Positions 63,184 to 64,000 of a stretch of 64,000 bases of DNA are shown piece by piece. The stretch covers positions 124,001 through 188,000 of the forward strand of contig DF237048.1 of assembly GCA_000708835.1 (NCBI GenBank), given 5' to 3'. Position 1 is the stretch's first letter. Each line of letters begins with the position of its first letter. The notes beneath the pieces were generated by a model. It had not been told where the DNA came from. It did no database searches and was given only the letters and a program-made list of their open reading frames with translations. The position numbers and the translations under genes are program-made. The DNA comes from Klebsormidium nitens (Eukaryota; Plantae; Klebsormidiophyceae).

Positions 63184-64000
63184 TCAAGACGTCTCCCGAC
63201 CGCCCTCCGCCGTGAACCTCAGCACGGAGCGCCCCTCGGGGACCTTCCACCCGAGCTCTTTCTCCGCGCGCGCGGATGTGTACTGGTTGGATATTGACAG
63301 CAACGTGGCCAGCAGAGGACCCCAAGCTTGCGCCGCCTCCTCGACGGAGACGCTCACGGGTGGCGGCAATGACACGCGCCGCGCGATGGCTTCCGCAATC
63401 TTCTTTGCGGACACGCCGCGGTCGTTCGAGTCGCCCAGATGGAAGATAGCGCCTGCATAAGACAGTATTCTGACTTGGATTTGACAAGCGTTGTCGATTT
63501 GTTCGGCTCAAGCACAAAGCCTTGGTTGCTTCGTTCCGTTCCCCTAAACTCTGGGCGGTTCACCGGCACGTGCCCGAGTTTCCTGATTGGATATTCCTAA
63601 CTAGGATACAGAAGAAGCAAAAAGTTCGTCAGATTGTGGTGAATTATAAACGGCCCACTTGCTCAAGTCTCATAACGCCTCGTCAACTGCTTCGACGAGG
63701 TCAAAAAGCACAATGTTTTCTACCAGACTTTGTGTCATCTTTCGCGACCAGGTTAGTAGGTGCAAAGACTCTGACTTGGTGTGAATGGCTTCTCAACGGC
63801 CAGAACATACGCCGCCGCTGCGTCGTCCACGTGTACGACGGTCGTCACGTTTGAGCCTGCGGCAAAAATGCGCAGGACGCTGTTTTTAGGATCCGCCTGT
63901 CGTTCACTGAGGATCCGCGTGCTGGTTCGTTCGGCCTTCCTACTTTTTGGCTAGTTGCTTTCATCACTTTTCGACCTTAACTTACCCCGCTTTTCACGAG
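63184..64000 (-). CDS. 3' part of an extended SDR / NAD-dependent epimerase-dehydratase (5' end off the window)
   Basis: Exon ~63856-63776 GSNVTTVVHVDDAAAAYVLAVEKP; exon ~63452-63184 AIFHLGD..VSAKKIAEAIA..EEAAQAWG..SARAEKELGW; a further donor near 63985. Confidence 0.8.

Overview
Eukaryotic nuclear DNA with spliceosomal GT-AG introns and high GC3. The gene set (plant-type FIP37, ELC/VPS23, P4H-ShKT plus a CCDC148-like ciliary gene) suggests a flagellate streptophyte alga such as Klebsormidium; this is inference. Layout: (1) 1-1.36 kb, a divergent intronless H2B/H2A pair; H2A carries a metazoan/chlorophyte-type 3' stem-loop. (2) ~1.4-37.3 kb, an accessory zone with no intact gene I can recognise. 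It holds decayed kinase and ankyrin ORFs, a tRNA-derived head folded into a perfect 82-bp palindrome beside an assembly gap, a ~0.4-kb repeat family, and a tandem array of a ~3.7-kb decayed unit that looks formerly protein-coding but is unidentified. (3) 37.4-64 kb, five ordinary intron-rich genes: FIP37/WTAP, ELC/TSG101, prolyl 4-hydroxylase, CCDC148-like and the 3' end of an extended SDR. The most unusual observations are the triplicated '3' splice site + exon start' modules in two unrelated genes (three of four spacings are 121 bp), the histone stem-loop, and the 3.7-kb array. All alignments and frames were done by eye, so coordinates marked ~ are approximate. No prokaryotic-type system (CRISPR, retron, intact transposase) is supported.
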